Below are positions 29,778 through 38,918 of a stretch of 64,000 bases of DNA, in pieces (within the stretch, counting starts at the first letter, position 1; each line of letters starts with the position of its first letter). A program made the position numbers and the translations under genes. Where the stretch lies: contig CAWCIZ010000003.1 in NCBI GenBank assembly GCA_963795855.1, positions 480,001 through 544,000 on the forward strand, read 5' to 3'. The notes under the pieces are model-generated. The model was not told where the DNA came from, did no database searches, and saw only the letters and a list, made by a program, of their open reading frames with translations. Source of the DNA: Vulcanimicrobiota bacterium. Its GTDB lineage: Bacteria; Vulcanimicrobiota; Vulcanimicrobiia; Vulcanimicrobiales; Vulcanimicrobiaceae.

Positions 29778-31314
29778 GGCGGCGCACCGCGGCTCCGACG
29801 GCGAGGACGAGTGCGTAAAGTGCTGCGAGCGCGTACATGACCGGGTTCGGTCCGATGCGCGCGAAAAGCGATCCGGGCGGAATACCGACGTTGCCCACGA
29901 CGACGGCCTCTTTATCCAATTGCGTTGCTTCGATCCATGCGCCGGAGGGCGAGATGATCCCGCTCACCCCGGTCGACGCCGCCTGCAGCACCCACTCGCC
30001 GGATTCGATTGCGCGCATCTGCGCGATCTGCGCGTGCTGATACGTTCCGGAGTCTTTGCCGAACCACGCGTCGTCCGTCGGTATCACCAGAAACTGTGCG
30101 CCGTTCGCAATTTGCGCGTGCACCAAATCGGCGAACGCGGATTCCCAGCAGATCAGCGGAGCAAAGCGCATGCCGCCCGCATCGACGGCGGTGTTTTGCG
30201 TGCCGTGCCCGAAGCGGCCGATGAGCGACGCGTCCGGAAGCCAAGAAAAAAGCACCGGTGCCGGCAGCGATTCCGCAAACGGCACGAGCTGCCGCTTATC
30301 GTAGACGTTGATCAGCAGTCCGTCGGGCGCGTACGTATACAGCGCGTTGTACTCCTTGAGGCGTTCGTCCGACCAATGCCGGTCGAGACTTCCAAGCGTC
30401 AGCGTGGCGTGCATGCTGCGCGCGAGATCGGCGAACTGTTTTTGCAAGCGCGCGTCGGTCTGCAACTGCGCGGTCCAGAAGTGTTTTTCTACGGGCGACA
30501 TCGCCGGCCAGTTGAAATAGTACGTGGCGTCGTCGAGATCCGTCGTGATGACGGTTTCGGGCCACACGATAAGGTGCGGGTGCAGCGGCGCGAGTTGCCG
30601 CGTCAATGCCGTATAACGCTCGACGCTGCGCGGAAGCGTTTGCGTATTCCACTTGATCGTTTGCGCGATATTGCCTTGCACCGCGGCGACGCGCATCGTC
30701 GGCACCGCGGCATGACGCGCCGGCCATGCGGAGTATGCGGCGTACCAGCCGGCGGCGACCACTGCCACGGCAATTGCGAGCGGTGTTGCGCGGCGATGCG
30801 CGATCGCATAAGCGATGTAGCCCCCTAGCAGCATGACGACGAACGTGACGCCGAACGAGCCGACGTATGCGGCGAAGACCGAAAGCGGCGTGGACGTTTG
30901 CGAATACCCAATCTGCGCGAACGGAACCGCGGCCACGCCTATCGACCGCAGCCATTCGAAGACGGTAAAGGCAGCGGCGCCCGCGATGGGCACGAGCCAC
31001 GCGGGCGCGAGCTGCGCGGCGAGTTTCGTGCACAGTGCCGTCAGCGCGAAGGCGAGCGCTTCGACGAGCGCGGGGATGAGTACGACGGCAAATGCAAGCG
31101 AGCCGACGTACGAACCGACCGTATACGTGAACCACGAAAAATTTATTGCGAAAAAGATCGTGCCGGCGAACCAAGCCGCAAAGAATGCGCGTTTCCAGGA
31201 GAGGCGCTCCCACCCCCAGAACAGGGCCGCCGCCCCAAGGGGAGCAAGCCACGGTTGCTGAGTTTTTGGGAACGCTAGCGCGAGCGCGACGGCGCCGAGC
31301 ATGCACAGGGCCAT
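29770..31314 (-). CDS. lnt: Apolipoprotein N-acyltransferase (start uncertain, 31314-31383)
   Basis: TM domain, VQGNI, and catalytic triad contexts IVWPET, YDKRQLVPFAE, LICWES; QMRAIE. Confidence 0.93.
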   Translation of the reverse strand: MALCMLGAVALALAFPKTQQPWLAPLGAAALFWGWERLSWKRAFFAAWFAGTIFFAINFSWFTYTVGSYVGSLAFAVVLIPALVEALAFALTALCTKLAAQLAPAWLVPIAGAAAFTVFEWLRSIGVAAVPFAQIGYSQTSTPLSVFAAYVGSFGVTFVVMLLGGYIAYAIAHRRATPLAIAVAVVAAGWYAAYSAWPARHAAVPTMRVAAVQGNIAQTIKWNTQTLPRSVERYTALTRQLAPLHPHLIVWPETVITTDLDDATYYFNWPAMSPVEKHFWTAQLQTDARLQKQFADLARSMHATLTLGSLDRHWSDERLKEYNALYTYAPDGLLINVYDKRQLVPFAESLPAPVLFSWLPDASLIGRFGHGTQNTAVDAGGMRFAPLICWESAFADLVHAQIANGAQFLVIPTDDAWFGKDSGTYQHAQIAQMRAIESGEWVLQAASTGVSGIISPSGAWIEATQLDKEAVVVGNVGIPPGSLFARIGPNPVMYALAALYALVLAVGAAVRRRA

Positions 31315-31339
31315 CTCGGCCCCGCGAACGGAGGTACCG

Positions 31340-32150
31340 ATGTTCCGCAAACTGGTCTTCGTGCTTTGTGCTCTATCGCTCACGCTGGCTTCGTGCGGTC
31401 GTCAAGTTACGCCTAACCGGCCCGGAACCTCCGGAGAAGGCTTGCAGCCCGGGTACATGGAGATCAAGTTCAATACCTATCAGACGATGAATTTCAGCAC
31501 CGTCTGGTACGTCATTGCGCTGAACACCGACGGGACGGGACGCCAGCCGTATCCTTTCAACGGCAACCAGCAGCAGAATTGGCTCGGCTACTCTTTTGAA
31601 ATCATCGTGTACCAGCTTCCAGGGCAAACTGCTCCGAGCGCTTCGCTCGTGCAATTCATCACGCAGCAGGGCACGGGCGGCGGCACGATCAAAGTTCCGA
31701 CGCAGCCCCTGACTGTGGCACCGCAGCAACTGCAGACTGATTTCGAATTGTAACGGCTCGCAAACGCAGTTCTGCCTCATCATCGATCGTCACGTCTTCA
31801 GCGGCCTCGGGCAAACCGGGTCGAGCGCGACGCCGAGTGCGTCGCCGTCTCCGACGTCTTCACCGAGCGCGACGCCGTCAGCGTCGCCGACGCCTCCCGC
31901 GGTAGCGGGAACTTGGAACATCAATTGGTTCACGGTCGCACCTGCCGGCGGACCGTCGGCAGGCGGTCAAGTGATCGATGCTCCCGGTCCGCAAGGCCCG
32001 AACGATCAGACGTGGCTTCCGCCCAACGGAACGTTCGACACTACCACGAACTTCGATTGGCCTTGGACTGCGGTTCCGCCGCCGGGCTGGCCGCAGGTAG
32101 CGGATCCGGCCGCGCAGATCGCCGGAGGCGAAGTGCTCAATTCGCCGTAA
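31340..32150 (+). CDS. Hypothetical lipoprotein with Pro/Ser/Thr linker; frameshift near 31736
   Basis: GGAGG RBS, lipobox LASC; the corrected frame continues through ATPSASPSPTSSPSATPSASPTP to TAA 32148-50. Confidence 0.75.
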
Positions 32151-32166
32151 CGGGTATAAAAGCGCC

Positions 32167-32328
32167 ATGCACGAGACTATTGAATGCGCGCACGATTTGT
32201 GTAACTGCGGCGTGACGGCTGAAATCCAGGTCGAAGAGTACTGCAGTCAGGCTTGCAAGGACGCCGCTCAAAACGGTATCGAGATGGAGGCTTGCAACTG
32301 CGGTCACCCGCAATGCGACACGCCTTAA
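32167..32328 (+). CDS. Bacterial metallothionein-like protein (53 aa, not in ORF track)
   Basis: MHETIECAHDLCNCGVTAEIQVEEYCSQACKDAAQNGIEMEACNCGHPQCDTP: 8 Cys, 3 His, with YCSxAC and CxCGHxxC. Confidence 0.82.
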   Translation: MHETIECAHDLCNCGVTAEIQVEEYCSQACKDAAQNGIEMEACNCGHPQCDTP

Positions 32329-32369
32329 GCGCTAACGCAAGGGAGACTTCCGGAAGCGTCCTCCTCGGG

Positions 32370-34820
32370 TTAGGGCCCTGAATAATTAAAGCCGTTGAAC
32401 GATGACGGGATGATCGAGCCGCCCCCCGTGTTGATTCCAAATCCGGCGGCATGCGACGGGAAAGCCAGCAGGTTCAGCGTTACGTTGACCGTGCGCGAAT
32501 TTTCGTTGTACTGGACTTGAATCTCGTAGCAGTCGCCGATGATGCGGCTGTAGTAGACGCTTTTGTTCTCGATGCGGCCTTTGTTCTTCCAATCCAAATC
32601 GCCGACGAACTGCAGCCACGAGCCGTTGCCGAACGGCGTCGAGAATTGCAAGTTGGTCGTCGGGAAGCCCTGTCCCGGTCCGGGATTGAACGTGCCCTGC
32701 AACGCGACGTACGAACGGCGCGAAGGACGCGTGGCCAGCTGATAGCCGACGGGCTGCGCTTGCCCGTTGAACGACGTCGTGAAGTTCAAACTGAGGTTGT
32801 ACACGTCGCCGTTGAAGATGCGCAGAATGTCCGCTGCGTACTTCGTGTTCGGGCTGTTCTGTAAATCTATAGTCGAAAACGGCACGGTGCCCGGCCCGTT
32901 GTAGTTCGTTTCCGTGTAACTGATGTTGTTCGCGATGTGCGATCCGATCGGCGTATTCAGCGTCATCTGCTGCTGAATGCTGGCTTTGAGATCGCCCGTC
33001 CCGTACGCGTACTGATGCACGGTCGCGTTTGCGCTGAAGTCGCCCAGAATCGAGTGGTAGAGCACCGGTCCCATCGTCAACCCGAGGTCCGCGCGCGCCG
33101 TCGTTTCCGGCGTCGATGGCTCGGTGTATTCACCGATCGTGAACGTCGGAGCGATCGGGAATAGGAAATGCGGCATGAAAAGATTCGGGCGTATCTGCAA
33201 TTCAGGTTCTTTGTTTATGCCGTACGGCTGCTGCGCGAACGTTTTATCGAACGTAAGCATATAGTCGGCTGCGCTGTTCGCCCAGTGCAGTTGATCGTCG
33301 ACCGAACCGGTCGAATTCTGGGTGAAAAACGATCCGTAGGTTGATTGGCTGCGCGTTAAACTGGCCGTGAAGCTGTTTTGCAGCGTCGTTCCCAAACTGC
33401 GCGTGTCCGAAAAGCCGAAGCCGTCGGAGGACGCCTGACCTGCCGTGCTGGAACGGCGATACGTATAACTCTGGTTTTCAAGGCCGTTTGCATGGGTGAC
33501 CGTTGCGTTCGCGTTGCTGTTCGGCGGGAAGTTGACCAGCGGACCGTAGTTGCCTTGATACTGGTAGCCGAACTGCCCGCGCAAAGTCTGCGAGAAGTTT
33601 TCCTGATCTTGCGCGGAGATATTGTATTGCGTGCTGCCCTGCAGCCGGTTCGCAATGCGCTGGACATCTATGTTGCTCGTGCGCTTGCCGTTGCGCGGAC
33701 TAATCGTTCCGTTGTAACCAAGGGTCGTGCCTTGTTTGGTGTAAAACTCGATCGTGTAGTAGCCGTAGTAATACTGGTCTCGGCCGAACCCAATCCGAGC
33801 GCGCACGAAGAAGCCCTGATACTGGTTGTAGCCGATCTCCGGAAAGAACTGCGGCCGGCGCCGTTCGTCGCTGACGCTGCGCAGCGGAATTACCACGCGC
33901 GGCAGCCAGAAGACCGCCGCCGCGCCCAGCCAGAGAACCGCCTTCGAGATCACGATGCGATCGCCCGGGATTACGTCGATGGTGCGGCCCGTAAGGTGAT
34001 AGCCGGCGCGCGGCCGTTCACACGTCGTGACGCTGGCGAAGTTTCCGTGCGAAACGCCGTGCTCGTCGGAATGCAAGTCCTTGGCGCTGAAATACACGAG
34101 CCCGCGCTCCACGCCTTGCGAACTCTCGCCGCGCCCGTTGTACAAGTCCGCTTTTTCCGCAACCGTGTCGAACGTAATTTTGTCGGCGTACAATATGGAG
34201 TTCTTCGTGTTGTCGATGATGTACGGATTGCCGGTGACGGTAATCGTTCGAACGCCGTCGTAATGCGCGCGATCGCCGACGAGCACTTCGTTCTGATAAA
34301 AGATGTGGACGTTGCCGGTCGCGTCTCCGGGAACGCCCGCCTTCGTGCTGCCGGTAATTTTGTCGGCCATGACCGCGACGTAACCGGGGCGCAGCGTCGG
34401 CGCAGCGCTCGGCGCCGGGGAGGGTGACGGCGTAAGCTGCTGCGCCGGAGCAATGCTCGGGGACGCCGACGGGCGGGTCAGGAACACCGGCCCGGACGAA
34501 GCGCTCGGCGCCGGCGTAGGGGTAGGAACCGGCGGCGGCGTCACCTGCGGCGAGCCGGTAGGGAAGGGCGTCGCATAGGGCGCGCCGGGCGCGACCGGCA
34601 CCGGCGAGAATGACGGTGAGGGGCTGGGCGACGGCGTCGTGGCTTGCGCTACCTGCTCATCCCGAAATGCAGTGCCGCACGGCCGGCCATTCAGAAGCGC
34701 GAGCGCGCGCATGGACTGCGCATCATCGAAGGTTTGCGCTCCCGCCGGAACGACGGCGCCGGTAAAGGCGAGCAAGCACGCCAGCGCGCAAATCGTGCGG
34801 CGAGTTCGCGGCCATCGCAC
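32370..34820 (-). CDS. LptD-like outer-membrane assembly protein
   Basis: Signal peptide, Pro-rich linker, OstA-like jellyroll (ATGNVHI, YADKITFD, VTTCE..YHL), long aromatic beta-strand C-terminal region; downstream of the lptF/G-like gene. Confidence 0.75.
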   Translation of the reverse strand: MRWPRTRRTICALACLLAFTGAVVPAGAQTFDDAQSMRALALLNGRPCGTAFRDEQVAQATTPSPSPSPSFSPVPVAPGAPYATPFPTGSPQVTPPPVPTPTPAPSASSGPVFLTRPSASPSIAPAQQLTPSPSPAPSAAPTLRPGYVAVMADKITGSTKAGVPGDATGNVHIFYQNEVLVGDRAHYDGVRTITVTGNPYIIDNTKNSILYADKITFDTVAEKADLYNGRGESSQGVERGLVYFSAKDLHSDEHGVSHGNFASVTTCERPRAGYHLTGRTIDVIPGDRIVISKAVLWLGAAAVFWLPRVVIPLRSVSDERRRPQFFPEIGYNQYQGFFVRARIGFGRDQYYYGYYTIEFYTKQGTTLGYNGTISPRNGKRTSNIDVQRIANRLQGSTQYNISAQDQENFSQTLRGQFGYQYQGNYGPLVNFPPNSNANATVTHANGLENQSYTYRRSSTAGQASSDGFGFSDTRSLGTTLQNSFTASLTRSQSTYGSFFTQNSTGSVDDQLHWANSAADYMLTFDKTFAQQPYGINKEPELQIRPNLFMPHFLFPIAPTFTIGEYTEPSTPETTARADLGLTMGPVLYHSILGDFSANATVHQYAYGTGDLKASIQQQMTLNTPIGSHIANNISYTETNYNGPGTVPFSTIDLQNSPNTKYAADILRIFNGDVYNLSLNFTTSFNGQAQPVGYQLATRPSRRSYVALQGTFNPGPGQGFPTTNLQFSTPFGNGSWLQFVGDLDWKNKGRIENKSVYYSRIIGDCYEIQVQYNENSRTVNVTLNLLAFPSHAAGFGINTGGGSIIPSSFNGFNYSGP

Positions 34821-34823
34821 CGC

Positions 34824-35978
34824 TTAGTGCTCTTCGCTCCAGAGAAGCCCGAGGCCGGCCGCGCCGAAAATCACGTTCGGTAACCACGCCGCCACGTAGG
34901 GATTCATGCGTCCGGTGCTGCCGAACGCGGCTGCTGCTTCGGTCATGACGTAATACACGAAGAACGCAACGATGGCCAGCGCCATTCCCATCGCGCGGCC
35001 TTTTTTTCCGAACCGAATCGCCATGGGCAGCGCGATGAGAACGCTCACGACGGCGGAGAACGGAAATGCGAACTTGTCGGCCAAATTCAACTCGAGGTTG
35101 CCGAGCGCTTCACCACCGACGCCTTGTGCGCGCAGTGCATTGACCTGCTGCGAGAGCTGTTTGGAGTTCATCGTGTACGCGTCGCTGTTTTGCGTGCTGA
35201 GGAATTGCGCCGCGCTCTCGCCGAGCGGCAAGCCGATGCGAAACTCCGGCGTCGTGGCTTGCGACGTTTCGTAGCCGTTCGCGTTGTAGTACGTCATGAT
35301 CGCGTCCGTCAGTACGAGCGTCGCGCCCTCGACGTGCGCGGTTTTTGCCTGAATCGTTTGGTTGAAGTAGCCTCCGCGTCCGGGCTTGAAGATTTGCACG
35401 CCCGCCATCGTGCGTTCGTCGGGCAGCACTTGGCTTACGAAAAATACGTTGCCGGTGTCGGGGTCTTTGCGGAAGAACTGCGGTTCGACCGGCAGCGACG
35501 CCGTGTGATAGATGATTTGGTAGAACGTGCGCGTCGACAAATCGACGGCTTTCGGCGCGACGAACTCGTTCATGCCCCACGTGAAGAAAAACACGCAGAT
35601 GCCGAAGGCGAACGGCGTGAGCGCAAACCGCCACAACGACACGCCGGACGTGCGGATCGCGTTGATTTCGTTATCTGCCATGAGCCGGCCCATGCCGAGC
35701 AGCGTTGCGAAGATCGTCGCGAACGGGAACGCCATCGGAATCGACTGCGGAATTCGAAAGACCACGAATCTCAGAACGAGAAACAGCGGCGCGTTCTGCG
35801 CGATGATGTACTTCGCGGCCAAGAAGAAAATGTTGAAGCCCCAGAACAAAAAGAACGCGATGAACGCGAACAAAAAGGGGCCGAGGATCTCGCCAAGGAT
35901 GTACGAGTCCAAGATCGGCAGACGCAGTTGGCGGAGCAGGCCGCTCGGCGCAGTCCGCGCGCCGGTAATGGACGCCAT
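34824..35978 (-). CDS. LptF/LptG family permease
   Basis: ILDSYILGEILGPF, MGRLMADNEINAIRTSGVS, KFAFPF, AAWLPN. Confidence 0.92.
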   Translation of the reverse strand: MASITGARTAPSGLLRQLRLPILDSYILGEILGPFLFAFIAFFLFWGFNIFFLAAKYIIAQNAPLFLVLRFVVFRIPQSIPMAFPFATIFATLLGMGRLMADNEINAIRTSGVSLWRFALTPFAFGICVFFFTWGMNEFVAPKAVDLSTRTFYQIIYHTASLPVEPQFFRKDPDTGNVFFVSQVLPDERTMAGVQIFKPGRGGYFNQTIQAKTAHVEGATLVLTDAIMTYYNANGYETSQATTPEFRIGLPLGESAAQFLSTQNSDAYTMNSKQLSQQVNALRAQGVGGEALGNLELNLADKFAFPFSAVVSVLIALPMAIRFGKKGRAMGMALAIVAFFVYYVMTEAAAAFGSTGRMNPYVAAWLPNVIFGAAGLGLLWSEEH

Positions 35979-36001
35979 CGCCCTTACGCTACGTGAAGGG
36001 G

Positions 36002-36475
36002 TTAATAGTCCCTGTAAGCGGAGAGGACGCGTGCGACGTACGCGCGCGTTTCGGCGTAGGGTGGAACGCCGTGATATTGATCCACCGCGCCGGGTCCCGC
36101 GTTATATGCGGCGACCGCGAGTTCGACGTTATTGTTGTAGCGTTCCAGCAGTCCGTGCAGATAGCGCGTGCCGCAATCCACGTTTTCGGCCGGATCGAAC
36201 GGGTTGCCGATCCCGCAGGAAGCCGACGTGCCCGGCATGAGTTGCATGAGCCCTTGCGCACCGGCAAGGCTGATCGCCGACGGATTCCCGGCCGATTCGG
36301 CCATGACGACCGCGTTCACGAGCGCGGGCTGGACCCCGTTGCGCGCGGAGGCATCGTCGACCAGGCTCTGGATCTGCGCCGGGTTCAGGGCATGCGGAGC
36401 ATAGGGCAAGTAGCCGGCGCCGCTGCAGCCGTAAAGGAGCCCCAACAGACAAGAGAGCCCGAGCAGTCTCTTCAT
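36002..36475 (-). CDS. Lytic transglycosylase (SLT domain) lipoprotein
   Basis: Lipobox LYGC, AES, AGAQGLMQLMP, AAYNAGPG, ETRAYV. Confidence 0.93.
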   Translation of the reverse strand: MKRLLGLSCLLGLLYGCSGAGYLPYAPHALNPAQIQSLVDDASARNGVQPALVNAVVMAESAGNPSAISLAGAQGLMQLMPGTSASCGIGNPFDPAENVDCGTRYLHGLLERYNNNVELAVAAYNAGPGAVDQYHGVPPYAETRAYVARVLSAYRDY

Positions 36476-36571
36476 GCGTAATCTGGCCTTTTCGTACCGT
36501 GTACGTACCCCGCCTGCGCAGCGGCGGCATCCTGAGCGCATCCTAACACGGTTGAAACGTTCGCCCTAACG

Positions 36572-36605
36572 AAAAGGGCCGGCGCGCTCGGCGCCGGCCC
36601 CTTTT
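36572..36605. terminator. Bidirectional intrinsic terminator
   Basis: AAAAGGGCCGGCGC-GCTCG-GCGCCGGCCCCTTTT, with A and T tracts on both sides. Confidence 0.8.
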
Positions 36606-36912
36606 CATTCAGCGATTGCCCTCAGGCGCGGCTCCAGGAACTGTGCACGCGCGTGCATTGCCAGTGTGCCGAGAACCGCCTGCGCAGCTCTGCGTGCGAG
36701 AACGCGTGGAAACGCGCAACCCGCAACACAAGGCGCAGAATTCGAAACTTGGGTTCAGTTTTGAGAACCGAGCGACGGCAGGAAAACCGGCGGCTCGGCG
36801 GGTCCATCATCATCATGGCTCAGCCCTCGGTAGTCCATTATACCGCGTTTCGCCTGCGAATTGTGGCCCAGGAAGCTGCGTATTTTTCCCAACAGGCAGA
36901 GCGGCGGCTTGC

Positions 36913-37957
36913 TTACCTCGCCAGAGAGCGCACTTTACGGACCGCGGCGTCGACCGCCCGGATGACCAGGTTCGGATCTTCCAGTTCGATATAGTGTCCG
37001 CTCTTGGGGGCAAACCACTGCTTCGAATCGCTCGAGAGCTTCAGCCACTGCGCCTGCGCGCGCGCATTGTCGCGTTCGAATCGTTCCGCCTCGGCTCGCT
37101 CTTTCGCAGGCAGATGGGCGACGTCTCCAAAGTGGTGCAGCGCCGTCAACACGTAGAGCGGTTTGCGGCCCAGACGATGAACGTGGGTTTTGAGATATCG
37201 CTCATCGGCCGGCATTTCGGCGCCTTCCGAAATGATTTGATTCCAGAGCGGTACCTGGGTCTTTGAAGTCCGCTCGATGTAGCGATTCAGTGCCGCGGAA
37301 AATGCCGGGTCCGGCATTTTTCGAAAGAACACGTGATTGCACGGAAAGGACTTAGAGGAGCCCGGATAGCTCTCGCGCGGCAACGGACGTCCGGCAACGA
37401 TCGCGGCCCGGCATTTTTCAAAACCCGCCGTCATGCTGCGATCGAACGCATCTTCTTCGCGCTCGTCGCCGGGCGGCTGCACGTCTCCGTTTTCACCGTC
37501 GACGATCACCATGCCGGCGACCTCCGTGGGGTAGAGATCGAAAAACGTGCGGATGTCGTAGCTGCCGAATGAGTGCCCTACCAGAACGTACGGGCCGCCG
37601 ATGCCGCCGGCATGAAGCGCCGCGTGGAGATCGTGTGCGATGCGCACGCTGGTGCGCGGCATTATCCCCGGATCGCTAAAGCCGCTTCCCGGCCGATCGT
37701 CAGCTGCACGCGCGCGAAAACTTGGCAATGCGCGGCTGGACGATTGCCCATGCCGGCGACCAATCCTCGAAGCCCGCATCGAACACCACCGTGGGCGCGC
37801 CGGCGCCTTCGCAGTTGAAATTGATTCCTCGCCCGTGAACGCTCACAATCCGCCCCGGCCGGGTGTAGATCGCATCTCCCGGCGCGGCGGCTGCGGGCGC
37901 GGCAAGCGCAAACATGGACGCAAGCGTGAGGACAAAGGCCAAACGGCGCAAGGGCAT
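36913..37957 (-). CDS. Secreted alpha/beta hydrolase; frameshift near 37701
   Basis: Signal peptide, CEGAGAPTVVFDAG, (CSY)DRPGSGFSD, GHSFG nucleophile elbow, SGHYI. Confidence 0.88.
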
Positions 37958-38047
37958 CTCCTCTCGTGACGCGATCGTGTCGAATGGCACCCAACACTTT
38001 CGCGCTCCCGCCGGCTCTATTACTATAGAACCGATGGATCACATGCG

Positions 38048-38608
38048 ATGAACTGCGAGCAACCCGTATCGGCGGCTCTCGTCGAGGCGGCGATAAACGG
38101 CGGAACTCCGGAAGCGGACGAGCTGATACGCGTCGTATGGCCTCGCGCGTATCGCCTCGCGTTTTCGGTCGTGCGCGACCGTACGCTTGCGGAGGACGCG
38201 GCTCAAGAAGCTTGCGCGGTTTTGTTCCGTTCCATTCGCGGCTTGCGCTGCGTCGATGCTTTTGCGGTGTGGTTTTATCGCATCGCCGTTCGTCAAGCGC
38301 TTGCGGTAGAACGACGAAATGCATCGGCGGCGGTCGAGCCGGATGGAACGAGCGATTCTGCGCTGGAGGAGTCGTTGCTGCGCCTGGACGTTTGCAACGC
38401 GCTCGCAGTCCTTACGCCGCAGCAGCGCATCGCGATTGCGTTGTACTACTACGCCGAAATGAACAGCCGTGAGATCGCGCAGGTGCTCGGCATCCAAGAC
38501 AGCTCCGTACGATTCCATCTCATGCGAGCGAAACGATCGCTCGAAAAAAGTTTAAGAGATCAGAACCGCGACGACGTCCGAGCCGAGGAGCCATATGGCG
38601 CGGCCTAA
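38048..38608 (+). CDS. ECF-type RNA polymerase sigma factor
   Basis: Region 2 (AEDAAQEA, FAVWFYRIA) and region 4 (LTPQQRIAIALYY..SREIAQVLG..SVRFHLMRAK). Confidence 0.92.
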   Translation: MNCEQPVSAALVEAAINGGTPEADELIRVVWPRAYRLAFSVVRDRTLAEDAAQEACAVLFRSIRGLRCVDAFAVWFYRIAVRQALAVERRNASAAVEPDGTSDSALEESLLRLDVCNALAVLTPQQRIAIALYYYAEMNSREIAQVLGIQDSSVRFHLMRAKRSLEKSLRDQNRDDVRAEEPYGAA

Positions 38609-38897
38609 TCCGGATCCGGCCTTGCGTGACGCGCTTGATTTTTCGGCGCCCGCAGTTCGGCTGTGCGCAATTCACGCTCGGGCGCGTTCCGCCGCGGTGC
38701 GCGAGCGGTTCACTCGCTTTGGTCTCGGAGCCCTTGTCTTAGCCGTACTGACGATCACGATGAGCGGGGTCGGGACAGGCGGTGCTGCGATCAAGACTGC
38801 TATGCCGCCGGCGGATCCACGCATTCCAACCCCGCTGGCATCTGCGACACCCCTGGTACCCGCTCCCATGCCTGCACCCGCGCCCACGATCACTTAA
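38595..38897 (+). CDS. Putative anti-sigma factor (single TM, Pro/Thr/Ala-rich tail)
   Basis: Overlaps the sigma stop; ~40-aa N-terminal domain, TM (FGLGALVLAVLTITM), low-complexity C-terminus. Confidence 0.6.
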   Translation: MARPNPDPALRDALDFSAPAVRLCAIHARARSAAVRERFTRFGLGALVLAVLTITMSGVGTGGAAIKTAMPPADPRIPTPLASATPLVPAPMPAPAPTIT

Positions 38898-38918
38898 AGC
38901 CGGAGAAAGAACCGCTTA

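Noticed and set aside
37695..37710. In-frame TGA in the alpha/beta hydrolase as selenocysteine or readthrough
   Set aside because: The downstream homology is in another frame; deleting one base restores CSYDRPG.
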